The notes under the pieces: generated by a model
The model's input: only the letters and a program-made list of their open reading frames with translations
What the model was told of the DNA's origin: nothing
Database searches by the model: none
NCBI RefSeq assembly: GCF_963677565.2
Contig: NZ_CAXXWI010000001.1
Coordinates: forward strand, 1,722,232-1,754,231
Direction: 5' to 3'
From: an uncultured Draconibacterium sp.
Lineage (GTDB): Bacteria; Bacteroidota; Bacteroidia; Bacteroidales; Prolixibacteraceae
Length of the DNA stretch: 32,000 nt
Position numbers and translations under genes: made by a program
In this document: piece after piece, positions 24,895 to 32,000 of the stretch
Numbering within the stretch: the first letter of the stretch is position 1
Layout: the number at the start of each line of letters is the position of its first letter

Positions 24895-24978
24895 TCCTAA
24901 TTGTTGATTTACAACCTTTTTATTGTATAAATTGTTATTTTTGCACGCCTTTTTATTTGAACAATTTAACAAGAAGAT

Positions 24979-26397
24979 ATGACTGTGTCAGTTCAGGAAA
25001 AATTAGATTACAAAATTGCCGATATTTCATTGGCAGAATTCGGAAGAAAAGAAATTGAGATTGCCGAAAAGGAGATGCCCGGGTTAATGGCAATCAGAGA
25101 AAAGTTTGGCCCACGCAAGCCTCTCGATGGCGTTCGTGTGATGGGAAGTTTGCACATGACCGTACAAACCGCCGTTTTAATCGAAACTCTTGTTGCCCTT
25201 GGAGCAGACGTTCGGTGGGCAAGTTGTAATATATTTTCAACGCAGGATCATGCCGCCGCCGCTATTGCAAAAGCAGGAGTGCCGGTGTTTGCGTGGAAAG
25301 GTGAGACACTTGAAGAGTATTGGTGGTGCACTCGCGAGGCAATGAGTTTCCCTGATGGAAAAGGACCACAACTGATTGTTGACGATGGTGGCGATGCTAC
25401 CTTATTAATTCACAAAGGATACGCTGCGGAAAAAGATGCCGGCGTATTGGATGTTGAAGCTTCGAGTGAAGAAGAGGAGGTAATTCTTGCATTGCTGAAA
25501 AAAACATTAAAAGAAGATAACCAGAAATGGCACCGCACGGTGGCCGATTGGAAAGGTGTTTCAGAAGAAACAACTACCGGAGTGCATCGTTTATATCAAA
25601 TGGCAGAGAAAGGTGAGTTGCTGGTTCCTGCTATAAATGTTAACGACTCGGTAACCAAATCGAAGTTCGATAACCTGTATGGTTGTCGCGAGTCGCTGGC
25701 CGATGGTATTAAACGTGCCACCGATGTTATGATTGCCGGAAAAGTGGTTGTTGTTGCCGGTTATGGCGATGTGGGTAAAGGTTGTGCACACTCGATGCGC
25801 AGTTATGGTGCTCGTGTGATCGTAACCGAAATCGATCCGATTTGTGCACTGCAGGCAGCTATGGAAGGATTCGAGGTAAAAACAATGGAAGATGCATTGG
25901 CTGAAGGAAACATCTATGTAACCACTACCGGAAACTGCGATGTAATTACAGCCGAGCACATGGCAAATATGAAAGACCAGGCGATTGTTTGTAATATTGG
26001 CCATTTCGATAATGAAATTCAGGTGGCCAAAATGGAAAAATGGCCCGGAATTGAAAAGGTGAACATTAAACCACAGGTTGATAAATATACGTACGAAGAT
26101 GGCCATAGCATTTTCTTATTGGCCGAAGGTAGATTGGTAAACCTGGGATGTGCTACCGGTCACCCGTCGTTTGTAATGAGTAACTCGTTTACCAACCAGT
26201 CTCTTGCACAAATTGATTTGTGGGAGAACAACTACGAAGTTGGTGTTTACACCTTGTCGAAAAAGCTTGACGAAGAAGTTGCCCGTTTGCATTTAGCGCA
26301 AATTGGTGTAAAGCTTACGGAGCTTACCGAAAAGCAAGCCTCGTATTTGGGTGTTTCGAAAGAAGGACCGTTTAAGCCGGAACACTATAGATATTAA
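24979..26397 (+). CDS. ahcY: Adenosylhomocysteinase
   Basis: 472 aa. [40 protein letters not shown] motif GYGDVGKG, and IGHFDNEI. Carries the ~40-aa insertion typical of bacterial long-form SAHH. Confidence 0.97.
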   Translation: MTVSVQEKLDYKIADISLAEFGRKEIEIAEKEMPGLMAIREKFGPRKPLDGVRVMGSLHMTVQTAVLIETLVALGADVRWASCNIFSTQDHAAAAIAKAGVPVFAWKGETLEEYWWCTREAMSFPDGKGPQLIVDDGGDATLLIHKGYAAEKDAGVLDVEASSEEEEVILALLKKTLKEDNQKWHRTVADWKGVSEETTTGVHRLYQMAEKGELLVPAINVNDSVTKSKFDNLYGCRESLADGIKRATDVMIAGKVVVVAGYGDVGKGCAHSMRSYGARVIVTEIDPICALQAAMEGFEVKTMEDALAEGNIYVTTTGNCDVITAEHMANMKDQAIVCNIGHFDNEIQVAKMEKWPGIEKVNIKPQVDKYTYEDGHSIFLLAEGRLVNLGCATGHPSFVMSNSFTNQSLAQIDLWENNYEVGVYTLSKKLDEEVARLHLAQIGVKLTELTEKQASYLGVSKEGPFKPEHYRY

Positions 26398-26418
26398 GAA
26401 GAAAATTTTATACGATAG

Positions 26419-26450
26419 AAAATGGGTTTCACAATGTGGAGCCCATTTTT
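26419..26450. terminator. Bidirectional hairpin terminator between convergent ahcY and the 150-aa lipoprotein gene
   Basis: AAAATGGGTTTCAC...GTGGAGCCCATTTT long stem (includes G-U pairs) with a T5 tail on the plus strand and an A-run on the other side. It overlaps the stop codon of the minus-strand ORF. Confidence 0.65.
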
Positions 26451-26901
26451 AGTTGTAAACCCTGAGAATATTTCCGGCAAGAGAAGTTTTATATTGTTTT
26501 AATGGCGCGGCAGCAGGTCCTTTTGTTGGAGTGCCGCCAATGAAAATAAATTCCGATTCGCAACAAGAGCATTTTCCCGTCACGCCTTCATTTTCAACCT
26601 TGCACGAAGGATTGATTTCGTTGGTGCAAGCTGCGTCAAATGCATAATACGAACCTTGTAATTCGCAGTAAACGATAACTCCGCCAAAGCCAATATTTGG
26701 GAAAAAAACAGAGTTGCCTGGAACGGTCAGGTCGTTCCAGATACCAAGATCAATATTTAGGTTTACCATCACATCCGGAATTTCTGAATCAATTTCATCG
26801 CACGACGAATACATCATAAATGTAAGTGCAATAAAAAACAAATATTTCACGCCGCTGCCAATCCGTTTCTTCCTATTATCATTCTTCTGTATCTCGTTCA
26901 T
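26449..26901 (-). CDS. Small Cys-rich lipoprotein with Rieske-fold-like motif pattern lacking the His ligands
   Basis: 150 aa. Signal peptide with lipobox (...TFMMYSS-C) followed by acidic CDEIDSE. Box-like motifs CTNEINPSC and CSCCESEF are comparable to Rieske CTHLGC and CPCHGSxF/Y. The C-terminal PLKQY...L.GNILRV is like the Rieske last strands. Confidence 0.55.
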   Translation of the reverse strand: MNEIQKNDNRKKRIGSGVKYLFFIALTFMMYSSCDEIDSEIPDVMVNLNIDLGIWNDLTVPGNSVFFPNIGFGGVIVYCELQGSYYAFDAACTNEINPSCKVENEGVTGKCSCCESEFIFIGGTPTKGPAAAPLKQYKTSLAGNILRVYN

Positions 26902-27000
26902 ATTGTCATTCTTTTAACGCGAAAATTTTTATTTACGTGCTTGTTTCTTACTTTTATAAATTGAACAGTCAAAAGTACAATTTATTGCTGATAGAAAATT

Positions 27001-27387
27001 ATGGATGATATAGTTGTTATCATATTAACACTGATTGTTGCCGTATTTGGCATCCTTAACAAAAAGCGTAAAAAAGAGGTGCCGCCCGCTAAACCAGCAT
27101 CTTCGTCAGGTAGTACCCAAGACTTTTGGGACATGTTACTCGACGATGAAAGCGACGTGCCGCAGGATATTCAGCGCCCTGTTCGCGAGGAAGAAGTTAA
27201 AGTGGAACCTGTTTCTGAAGCCAAGCCGAATTATGAATTTAAGGCAGACCGAGAAGCTGTTCGTTCGATTAAAAAGCCAATGAAAAAGCTGACCAGAACC
27301 AAAAAGAAAAAACTGGTAATGGGAGAGGAGTTTTCACTGAAGAAAGCCGTGATTTATAGCGAGATTATTAATCGTAAATATGTCTAA
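27001..27387 (+). CDS. Hypothetical N-terminally anchored, Lys-rich protein
   Basis: 128 aa. One TM helix (IVVIILTLIVAVFGIL), a disordered acidic/basic middle, and a conserved-looking C-terminal FSLKKAVIYSEIINRKY. No known domain recognised. Confidence 0.5.
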   Translation: MDDIVVIILTLIVAVFGILNKKRKKEVPPAKPASSSGSTQDFWDMLLDDESDVPQDIQRPVREEEVKVEPVSEAKPNYEFKADREAVRSIKKPMKKLTRTKKKKLVMGEEFSLKKAVIYSEIINRKYV

Positions 27388-27453
27388 CTGCGTAAAAATC
27401 ACCCATTTTCGATATTTTTTTGCTTAGAATATTTTAATATTCAAGAAATTATA

Positions 27454-27461
27454 TAATTTTG
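27454..27461 (+). promoter_or_regulatory. Candidate -7 box TAATTTTG upstream of greA
   Basis: TAnnTTTG match 90 nt upstream of the greA ATG. No TTTG at the canonical -33 spacing. Confidence 0.3.
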
Positions 27462-27537
27462 CATTAGGAAGAGTTCCGGGCAAATCGGGATTCTTTCTAT
27501 TTTTTTATGCCTAGTTGAGGCGAAATAATAATAAAAA

Positions 27538-27543
27538 AGGAGG
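27538..27543 (+). promoter_or_regulatory. Canonical Shine-Dalgarno AGGAGG, 7 nt upstream of the greA ATG
   Basis: AAGGAGGA read at 27537..27544, ATG at 27551. No other start codon in this window has a comparable match. Confidence 0.6.
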
Positions 27544-27550
27544 ATACAAA

Positions 27551-28024
27551 ATGTCCGAAGTAACATATTTAACGAAAGACGGATTAGAAAAGCTCAAGAA
27601 AGAATTGGAGCACCTTATGACTGTTGAGCGCCCAAAGATTTCGAAGCAGATTGGAGAGGCCATTGAAAAAGGAGATATCTCCGAAAATGCCGAGTACGAC
27701 GCTGCCAAAGATGCCCAAGGTATGCTTGAAGCTAAAATAGCCCAGATAAAATCAAAAGTGGCAAATGCCCGTATTCTCGACGAATCGAAAATTGATACAT
27801 CACAAGTTCAGATTCTGAACAAAGTAACAATCAAGAACAAAAAGAATAATGCTACCATGCAATATACTTTGGTTCCTGAAAGTGAGGCAAATCTGAAAGA
27901 AGGAAAAATATCGGTACAAACACCCATTGCCAAAGGACTTATGGGCAAAAAAGTTGGCGATGTGGTTGAAATTAAAGTTCCGTCAGGAGTAATACCTTTT
28001 GAGATTGTTGAAATTTCAATTTAA
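27551..28024 (+). CDS. greA: Transcription elongation factor GreA
   Basis: 157 aa from the ATG at 27551. LT..G...L..EL..L....RP.I...I..A...GD.SENAEYDAAK coiled-coil tip motif, and C-terminal SP.A.GL.GKKVGD.V....P.G. Confidence 0.95.
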   Translation: MSEVTYLTKDGLEKLKKELEHLMTVERPKISKQIGEAIEKGDISENAEYDAAKDAQGMLEAKIAQIKSKVANARILDESKIDTSQVQILNKVTIKNKKNNATMQYTLVPESEANLKEGKISVQTPIAKGLMGKKVGDVVEIKVPSGVIPFEIVEISI

Positions 28025-28029
28025 GAACA

Positions 28030-28428
28030 ATGGCAAGCATTTTTACAAAAATTATCAATGGTGAGATCCCTGCATATAAAGTAGCTGAGGACGAGAATTA
28101 TTTTGCTTTTCTCGATATTTTCCCAACAGCAAAAGGACACACTCTGGTAATTCCGAAAAAAGAGGTAGACTACCTTTTTGACTTGGATGATGAAACCTAC
28201 GCCGGTTTGCAGATGTTTGCCAAAAAAGTGGCCAAAGGACTGGAGAAAGCTGTTCCCTGCAAAAAAGTTGGGGTAATGGTTTTGGGTCTCGAAGTGCCAC
28301 ATGCACACATACATTTGGTGCCCATGCAAAGCGAACACGATTTGCTGAACTTTGCTGACAAAACAAAGTTTCCACCAGAGGAAATGGAGGAGCTGGCAAG
28401 GCTCATCGCTCAAAATATTGAACAGTAG
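28030..28428 (+). CDS. HIT (histidine triad) family nucleotide hydrolase/transferase (Hint-like)
   Basis: 132 aa. IF.KII.GEIP...V.ED....AFLDI.P...GHTLVIPK and the histidine triad HAHIHLVP. Confidence 0.9.
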   Translation: MASIFTKIINGEIPAYKVAEDENYFAFLDIFPTAKGHTLVIPKKEVDYLFDLDDETYAGLQMFAKKVAKGLEKAVPCKKVGVMVLGLEVPHAHIHLVPMQSEHDLLNFADKTKFPPEEMEELARLIAQNIEQ

Positions 28429-28458
28429 TCCTGATCGAAATATCAGGACTTTTTTTTG
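28427..28458 (+). terminator. Rho-independent terminator after the greA-HIT pair
   Basis: AGTCCTGAT-cgaaat-ATCAGGACT followed by T8 (28451..28458). The hairpin starts inside the stop codon. Confidence 0.8.
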
Positions 28459-28546
28459 CTCCAAAAATTCCATCAAAAATTATTAACATCCCCCGGATAA
28501 GGCTGAGAGAATTGGTATCTTTAAAAACTTTTTTAGCACAGTTTTT

Positions 28547-31500
28547 ATGGTTCCATTTACGCATTTACACGTACACTCACAATATTCTATTCTAGATGGC
28601 GCTGCCAGCATTGGCGACCTGGTAGGCAAAGCAAAATCGGATAACATGCCGGCTTTGGCTTTAACCGATCACGGAACAATGTTTGGCATAAAAGAGTTTC
28701 ATGCCGCCTGTTCGAAGGCTGAGATTAAACCCATTTTAGGATGTGAAACTTATGTGGCTGCCCGTACAATTAATGATAAAAGTGATAAGGTTGACCGCTC
28801 GGGACATCACCTTATTTTGCTGGCAAAAAACAGGGTTGGTTACATTAACCTAATCAAGCTGATATCGACAGCCACCACTACCGGGTTCTATTATAAACCG
28901 CGTATTGATAAAGAACTGCTAGAAAAACATCATGAAGGATTGATTGCATCATCGGCCTGTTTGGGTGGGGAGATTGCACAGCATTTAATGGCCAATAATA
29001 TAAAGGCGGCCGAAGACGCCGTTCTTTGGTATAAAAAACTGTTTGGCGATGATTATTACCTTGAGTTGATGCGGCATCCGGCGCAATCGCAACGCGAGCG
29101 CGAAGAGGTGTACGACTGGCAGGTAAAAGTAAATAAGCAACTGGTTCCGCTGGCTAAAAGGCTTGGCGTAAAACTGATTGCCACCAACGATATTCACTTT
29201 ACAAACGAATCGGATGCGGAAGCGCATGATTTGCTAATTTGTTTGAATACCGGGAAAGATTTCGACGATCCGAACCGGATGCGTTACACCAAACAGGAGT
29301 GGTTTAAAACGCAGGCCGAAATGAATGAACTTTTTAAAGATCTTCCCGAGGCTTTGGCAAATACGAACGAAATTGCAGAAAAGGTTGAACCTTTTGAGCT
29401 GAATAGTGCGCCGATTATGCCTATGTTCCCCATTCCTGAAGAAATTGGAACAGAAGAAGGTTTTAAGGAGAAATATTCAGAAGCTGATTTACGCGAAGAA
29501 TTTGGCGATTCGGCATTCGAACGTTTGGGCGGATACGATAAAGTAATTCGCGTAAAACTGGAGTCGGCATTTTTGGAGCACCTTACATTCGAGGGCGCAA
29601 AAGAACGTTATGGCGATCCGTTGGAGAAGAGTGTGGAAGAACGCCTCATTTTCGAGCTGAATACCATTAAAACAATGGGTTATCCGGGTTACTTCCTTAT
29701 CACGCAGGATTTTATTAACTGGGCAAAAGATAATGGTGTTCTTGTTGGTCCGGGACGTGGTTCGGCGGCCGGTGCAGCAGTATCGTATTGCTCCGGAATT
29801 ACCAACATCGACCCGATTAAATACGACCTGCTTTTTGAGCGTTTCCTGAATCCCGATCGTATATCGCTACCCGATGTCGATATCGACTTTGATGATGACG
29901 GACGACAGCTGGTACTGGAATATGTAACCAATAAATATGGGCAGGATAAAGTAGCTCACATTTGTACGTTCGGGACTATGGCTACCAAGTCTTCCATCCG
30001 GGATGTGGCGCGGGTATTGAAACTGCCGTTACCCGAAGCCGATCGTTTGGCAAAGTTGGTGCCCGAAGCTCCGAAAATGAGTTTCAAAAAGGCTTTTAAA
30101 GAAAGTCCTGATTTGGCAAGGGAAAAGGATTCGCCTATTCCCTTGGTTGTTGATACACTGAATTATGCCGAAAAATTGGAAGGATCGGTGCGGAATACCG
30201 GAGTGCATGCCTGTGGAATTCTGATTAGTCGTGATACCTTAACGGATCATATTCCGTTAATGCCGACAAAAGACGAAGAACACCTGTTAACCACGCAGTA
30301 CGACGGACGTTTTGTAGAGGACATCGGTTTGCTGAAAATGGACTTCCTGGGACTAAAAACCTTATCGATTATTAAAGAGTGCCTGGAAAACATTAAACTT
30401 TCGAAGGGAATTGAAGTTCCGATAAACGATATTCCGCTTGATGATGAAAAGACCTTTCAGCTTTTTAGTCATGGCGAAACCACTGCTATTTTCCAGTTTG
30501 AATCGGACGGGATGAAAAAGCACCTGCGCGATTTGAAGCCAAACCGCTTTGAAGACCTCGTGGCTATGAACGCACTCTATCGTCCGGGACCGATGGAATA
30601 CATTCCCGATTACATTGCTCGTAAACATGGTAAACAGAAAGTGGATTACGATGTGCCGATGATGGAAGAATACCTGAGCGATACTTACGGGATTACGGTT
30701 TTCCAGGAGCAAGTGATGTTACTCTCTCGTTTGCTTGCGGGCTTTACCCGTGGCGACTCGGATACGCTGCGTAAAGCCATGGGTAAGAAGATTATGTCGG
30801 TGATGGAGAAGCTTAAAGTTAAGTTTGTTGATGGTTGTAAAGCCAACCGCCAATTTGTTGACGAATGCAAAAACAAAGGCAAAAAGACCGACGAGGTAAT
30901 TAATAAAATCTGGAAAGACTGGGAGGCATTTGCATCGTATGCGTTCAACAAATCGCACTCGGTTTGTTATGCTTACATTGCATACCAAACAGGTTTCCTG
31001 AAAGCACATTACCCGGCCGAGTTTATGGCGGCCAACCTTAGCCGAAACCTCAATAATATTACTGATATTACCAAGTTGATGACCGAGTGTAAGCGCATGA
31101 AATTAAATGTTCTGGGGCCGGATGTTAACGAGAGTTTTATCAAATTTACGGCAAACCCTGAAGGCGATATCCGTTTTGGAATGGGAGCAATTAAGGGGGT
31201 CGGTTCGGGCGCTGTTCAACACATTATCGACGTACGTAACGAGCGTGGCCATTTCGAAACCATTTATGATTTGGTAGAGCATGTAAATCTTCAGGCCGTA
31301 AATAAAAAGAACCTCGAAGCACTGGCTATGGCAGGCGCTTTCGAGAATTTAAAAGATGTAAATCGCAGTTGTTTTTTTGCAGGCGAAAATGAAAACGATG
31401 ATACCAATTTTATTGAAAAACTAATTCGGTATGGAAACCGGGTGCAGTTGGAAGCACAGAGTGCCCAACAAAGTTTGTTCGGTGGAATGGGAGGCGGACA

Positions 31501-32000
31501 GGACATTCAAAAACCGGCGGTTCCGAAAGTTGATGAGTGGGCAAAGCTAATTTTACTCGAGAAAGAGAAGAACCTTATCGGAATTTACTTAACTGCTCAT
31601 CCGCTTGATGATTACCGCCTGGAGATCACCAATTTCTGCTCGAGAGAGGTGGCGCTCAAAGACCTGAACAACGATATCTCGAAATACCAGGGGAAAGACT
31701 TTACATTTGGAGGAATGGTAACTGCAGCCCGCGAAGGACAATCGAAGAACGGAAATATGTACGCCGTTATGACGCTGACTGATTATACCGATTCAAAAGA
31801 GCTTTTCTTTTTTGGAAACGACTATGTGAACTTTAGCAAATTCTGCAAAGTTGGGATTTTTATTATGGTGAAAGGATCGGTGAAACAGCGTTTTAACAGT
31901 GATTTCTACGAGTACAAAGTGAATAGCATTGAGTTGCTCGATGATGTGCGCGAAAAGTACATTAAGAGTTTAACCATTAATGTGCCGCTTAAAGCGCTTA
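28547..32000 (+). CDS. dnaE: DNA polymerase III alpha subunit DnaE (3' end beyond the window)
   Basis: Not in the supplied ORF track because no stop codon occurs before position 32000. Hand translation from the ATG at 28547 gives MVPFTHLHVHSQYSILDGAASI (PHP domain). In frame at 29678 it reads GYPGYFLITQDFINWAKDNGVLVGPGRGSAAGAAVSYC, then DFLGLKTL, FQFES.GM, NKSHS.CYA, and an OB-fold region near the end. The frame stays open through 31999 (1151 codons). Confidence 0.95.
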   Translation, partial: MVPFTHLHVHSQYSILDGAASIGDLVGKAKSDNMPALALTDHGTMFGIKEFHAACSKAEIKPILGCETYVAARTINDKSDKVDRSGHHLILLAKNRVGYINLIKLISTATTTGFYYKPRIDKELLEKHHEGLIASSACLGGEIAQHLMANNIKAAEDAVLWYKKLFGDDYYLELMRHPAQSQREREEVYDWQVKVNKQLVPLAKRLGVKLIATNDIHFTNESDAEAHDLLICLNTGKDFDDPNRMRYTKQEWFKTQAEMNELFKDLPEALANTNEIAEKVEPFELNSAPIMPMFPIPEEIGTEEGFKEKYSEADLREEFGDSAFERLGGYDKVIRVKLESAFLEHLTFEGAKERYGDPLEKSVEERLIFELNTIKTMGYPGYFLITQDFINWAKDNGVLVGPGRGSAAGAAVSYCSGITNIDPIKYDLLFERFLNPDRISLPDVDIDFDDDGRQLVLEYVTNKYGQDKVAHICTFGTMATKSSIRDVARVLKLPLPEADRLAKLVPEAPKMSFKKAFKESPDLAREKDSPIPLVVDTLNYAEKLEGSVRNTGVHACGILISRDTLTDHIPLMPTKDEEHLLTTQYDGRFVEDIGLLKMDFLGLKTLSIIKECLENIKLSKGIEVPINDIPLDDEKTFQLFSHGETTAIFQFESDGMKKHLRDLKPNRFEDLVAMNALYRPGPMEYIPDYIARKHGKQKVDYDVPMMEEYLSDTYGITVFQEQVMLLSRLLAGFTRGDSDTLRKAMGKKIMSVMEKLKVKFVDGCKANRQFVDECKNKGKKTDEVINKIWKDWEAFASYAFNKSHSVCYAYIAYQTGFLKAHYPAEFMAANLSRNLNNITDITKLMTECKRMKLNVLGPDVNESFIKFTANPEGDIRFGMGAIKGVGSGAVQHIIDVRNERGHFETIYDLVEHVNLQAVNKKNLEALAMAGAFENLKDVNRSCFFAGENENDDTNFIEKLIRYGNRVQLEAQSAQQSLFGGMGGGQDIQKPAVPKVDEWAKLILLEKEKNLIGIYLTAHPLDDYRLEITNFCSREVALKDLNNDISKYQGKDFTFGGMVTAAREGQSKNGNMYAVMTLTDYTDSKELFFFGNDYVNFSKFCKVGIFIMVKGSVKQRFNSDFYEYKVNSIELLDDVREKYIKSLTINVPLKAL

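Noticed and set aside
24895-24978. SAH riboswitch upstream of ahcY
   Set aside because: The spacer is only 84 nt and very AT-rich. It has no GC-rich helices or pseudoknot-forming segments, so there is not enough room or structure for the SAH element. It does contain a TATTTTTG -7-like box (24936..24943), so it is more likely just a promoter.
25591-26106. 171-aa minus-strand ORF
   Set aside because: It is entirely antisense to the strongly supported ahcY gene and has low-complexity, motif-free sequence. This is a typical shadow ORF.
27035-27283. 82-aa alternative-frame ORF overlapping the 128-aa ORF (27001..27387)
   Set aside because: It is nested in a different frame of the longer ORF, which has a TM helix and a conserved-looking C-terminus. 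The 82-aa ORF lacks any feature of its own, so its coding status is unsupported.
28021-28476. 151-aa and 114-aa minus-strand ORFs
   Set aside because: They are antisense to the HIT-family gene, whose histidine triad and N-terminal motifs are unambiguous. The minus-strand peptides are Cys/Phe-rich with no motifs and span the terminator.
28985-31506. Five short minus-strand ORFs (71-116 aa) listed in the track
   Set aside because: All lie antisense within the continuous dnaE reading frame.

Overview
The window looks like a Bacteroidota chromosome. Three lines of evidence support this: fused SecDF; TTTG / TAnnTTTG-type promoter boxes with almost no Shine-Dalgarno sequences; and GxxExxY and DUF6090-like genes. 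The order-level guess (Marinilabiliales/Prolixibacteraceae-like) is inference only.

It is dominated by core housekeeping genes: mdh, secDF, tatA, a CaCA antiporter, lolD-like, trmN6-like, upp, radC, rpsT, tRNA-Glu, lptB, tatC, recQ, ahcY, greA, a HIT protein, and a 5'-partial-window dnaE. dnaE is absent from the supplied ORF track because it runs off the window end.

I see no transposase, integrase, phage gene, CRISPR array, cas gene or recognisable defence gene, so this is not a classic accessory island.

Features not explained by housekeeping annotation, in order of interest:
1. A tightly packed four-gene cassette (14990..19301, minus strand). It consists of two consecutive pairs of a polysaccharide-deacetylase-fold protein and a FemAB/GNAT-type transferase. 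There is no glycosyltransferase, flippase or exosortase partner, and it sits between radC and upp.
2. A 564-bp non-coding region between secDF and tatA. It contains a strictly 41-bp-phased repeat array (123-bp higher-order unit) with phased A-tracts, bracketed by 26-bp inverted repeats that are themselves heptamer arrays.
3. A second heptamer microsatellite, (CATCCAG)x6, just after the lolD-like stop codon.
4. A GxxExxY (PD-(D/E)XK-like) gene wedged between housekeeping genes, with an upstream repeat element whose arms pair only through G-U wobbles in the sense transcript.
5. A small lipoprotein with a Rieske-like motif pattern in which both His ligands are replaced.
6. A lone canonical AGGAGG Shine-Dalgarno in front of greA.

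All family assignments come from motif recognition by eye. No database search was run.
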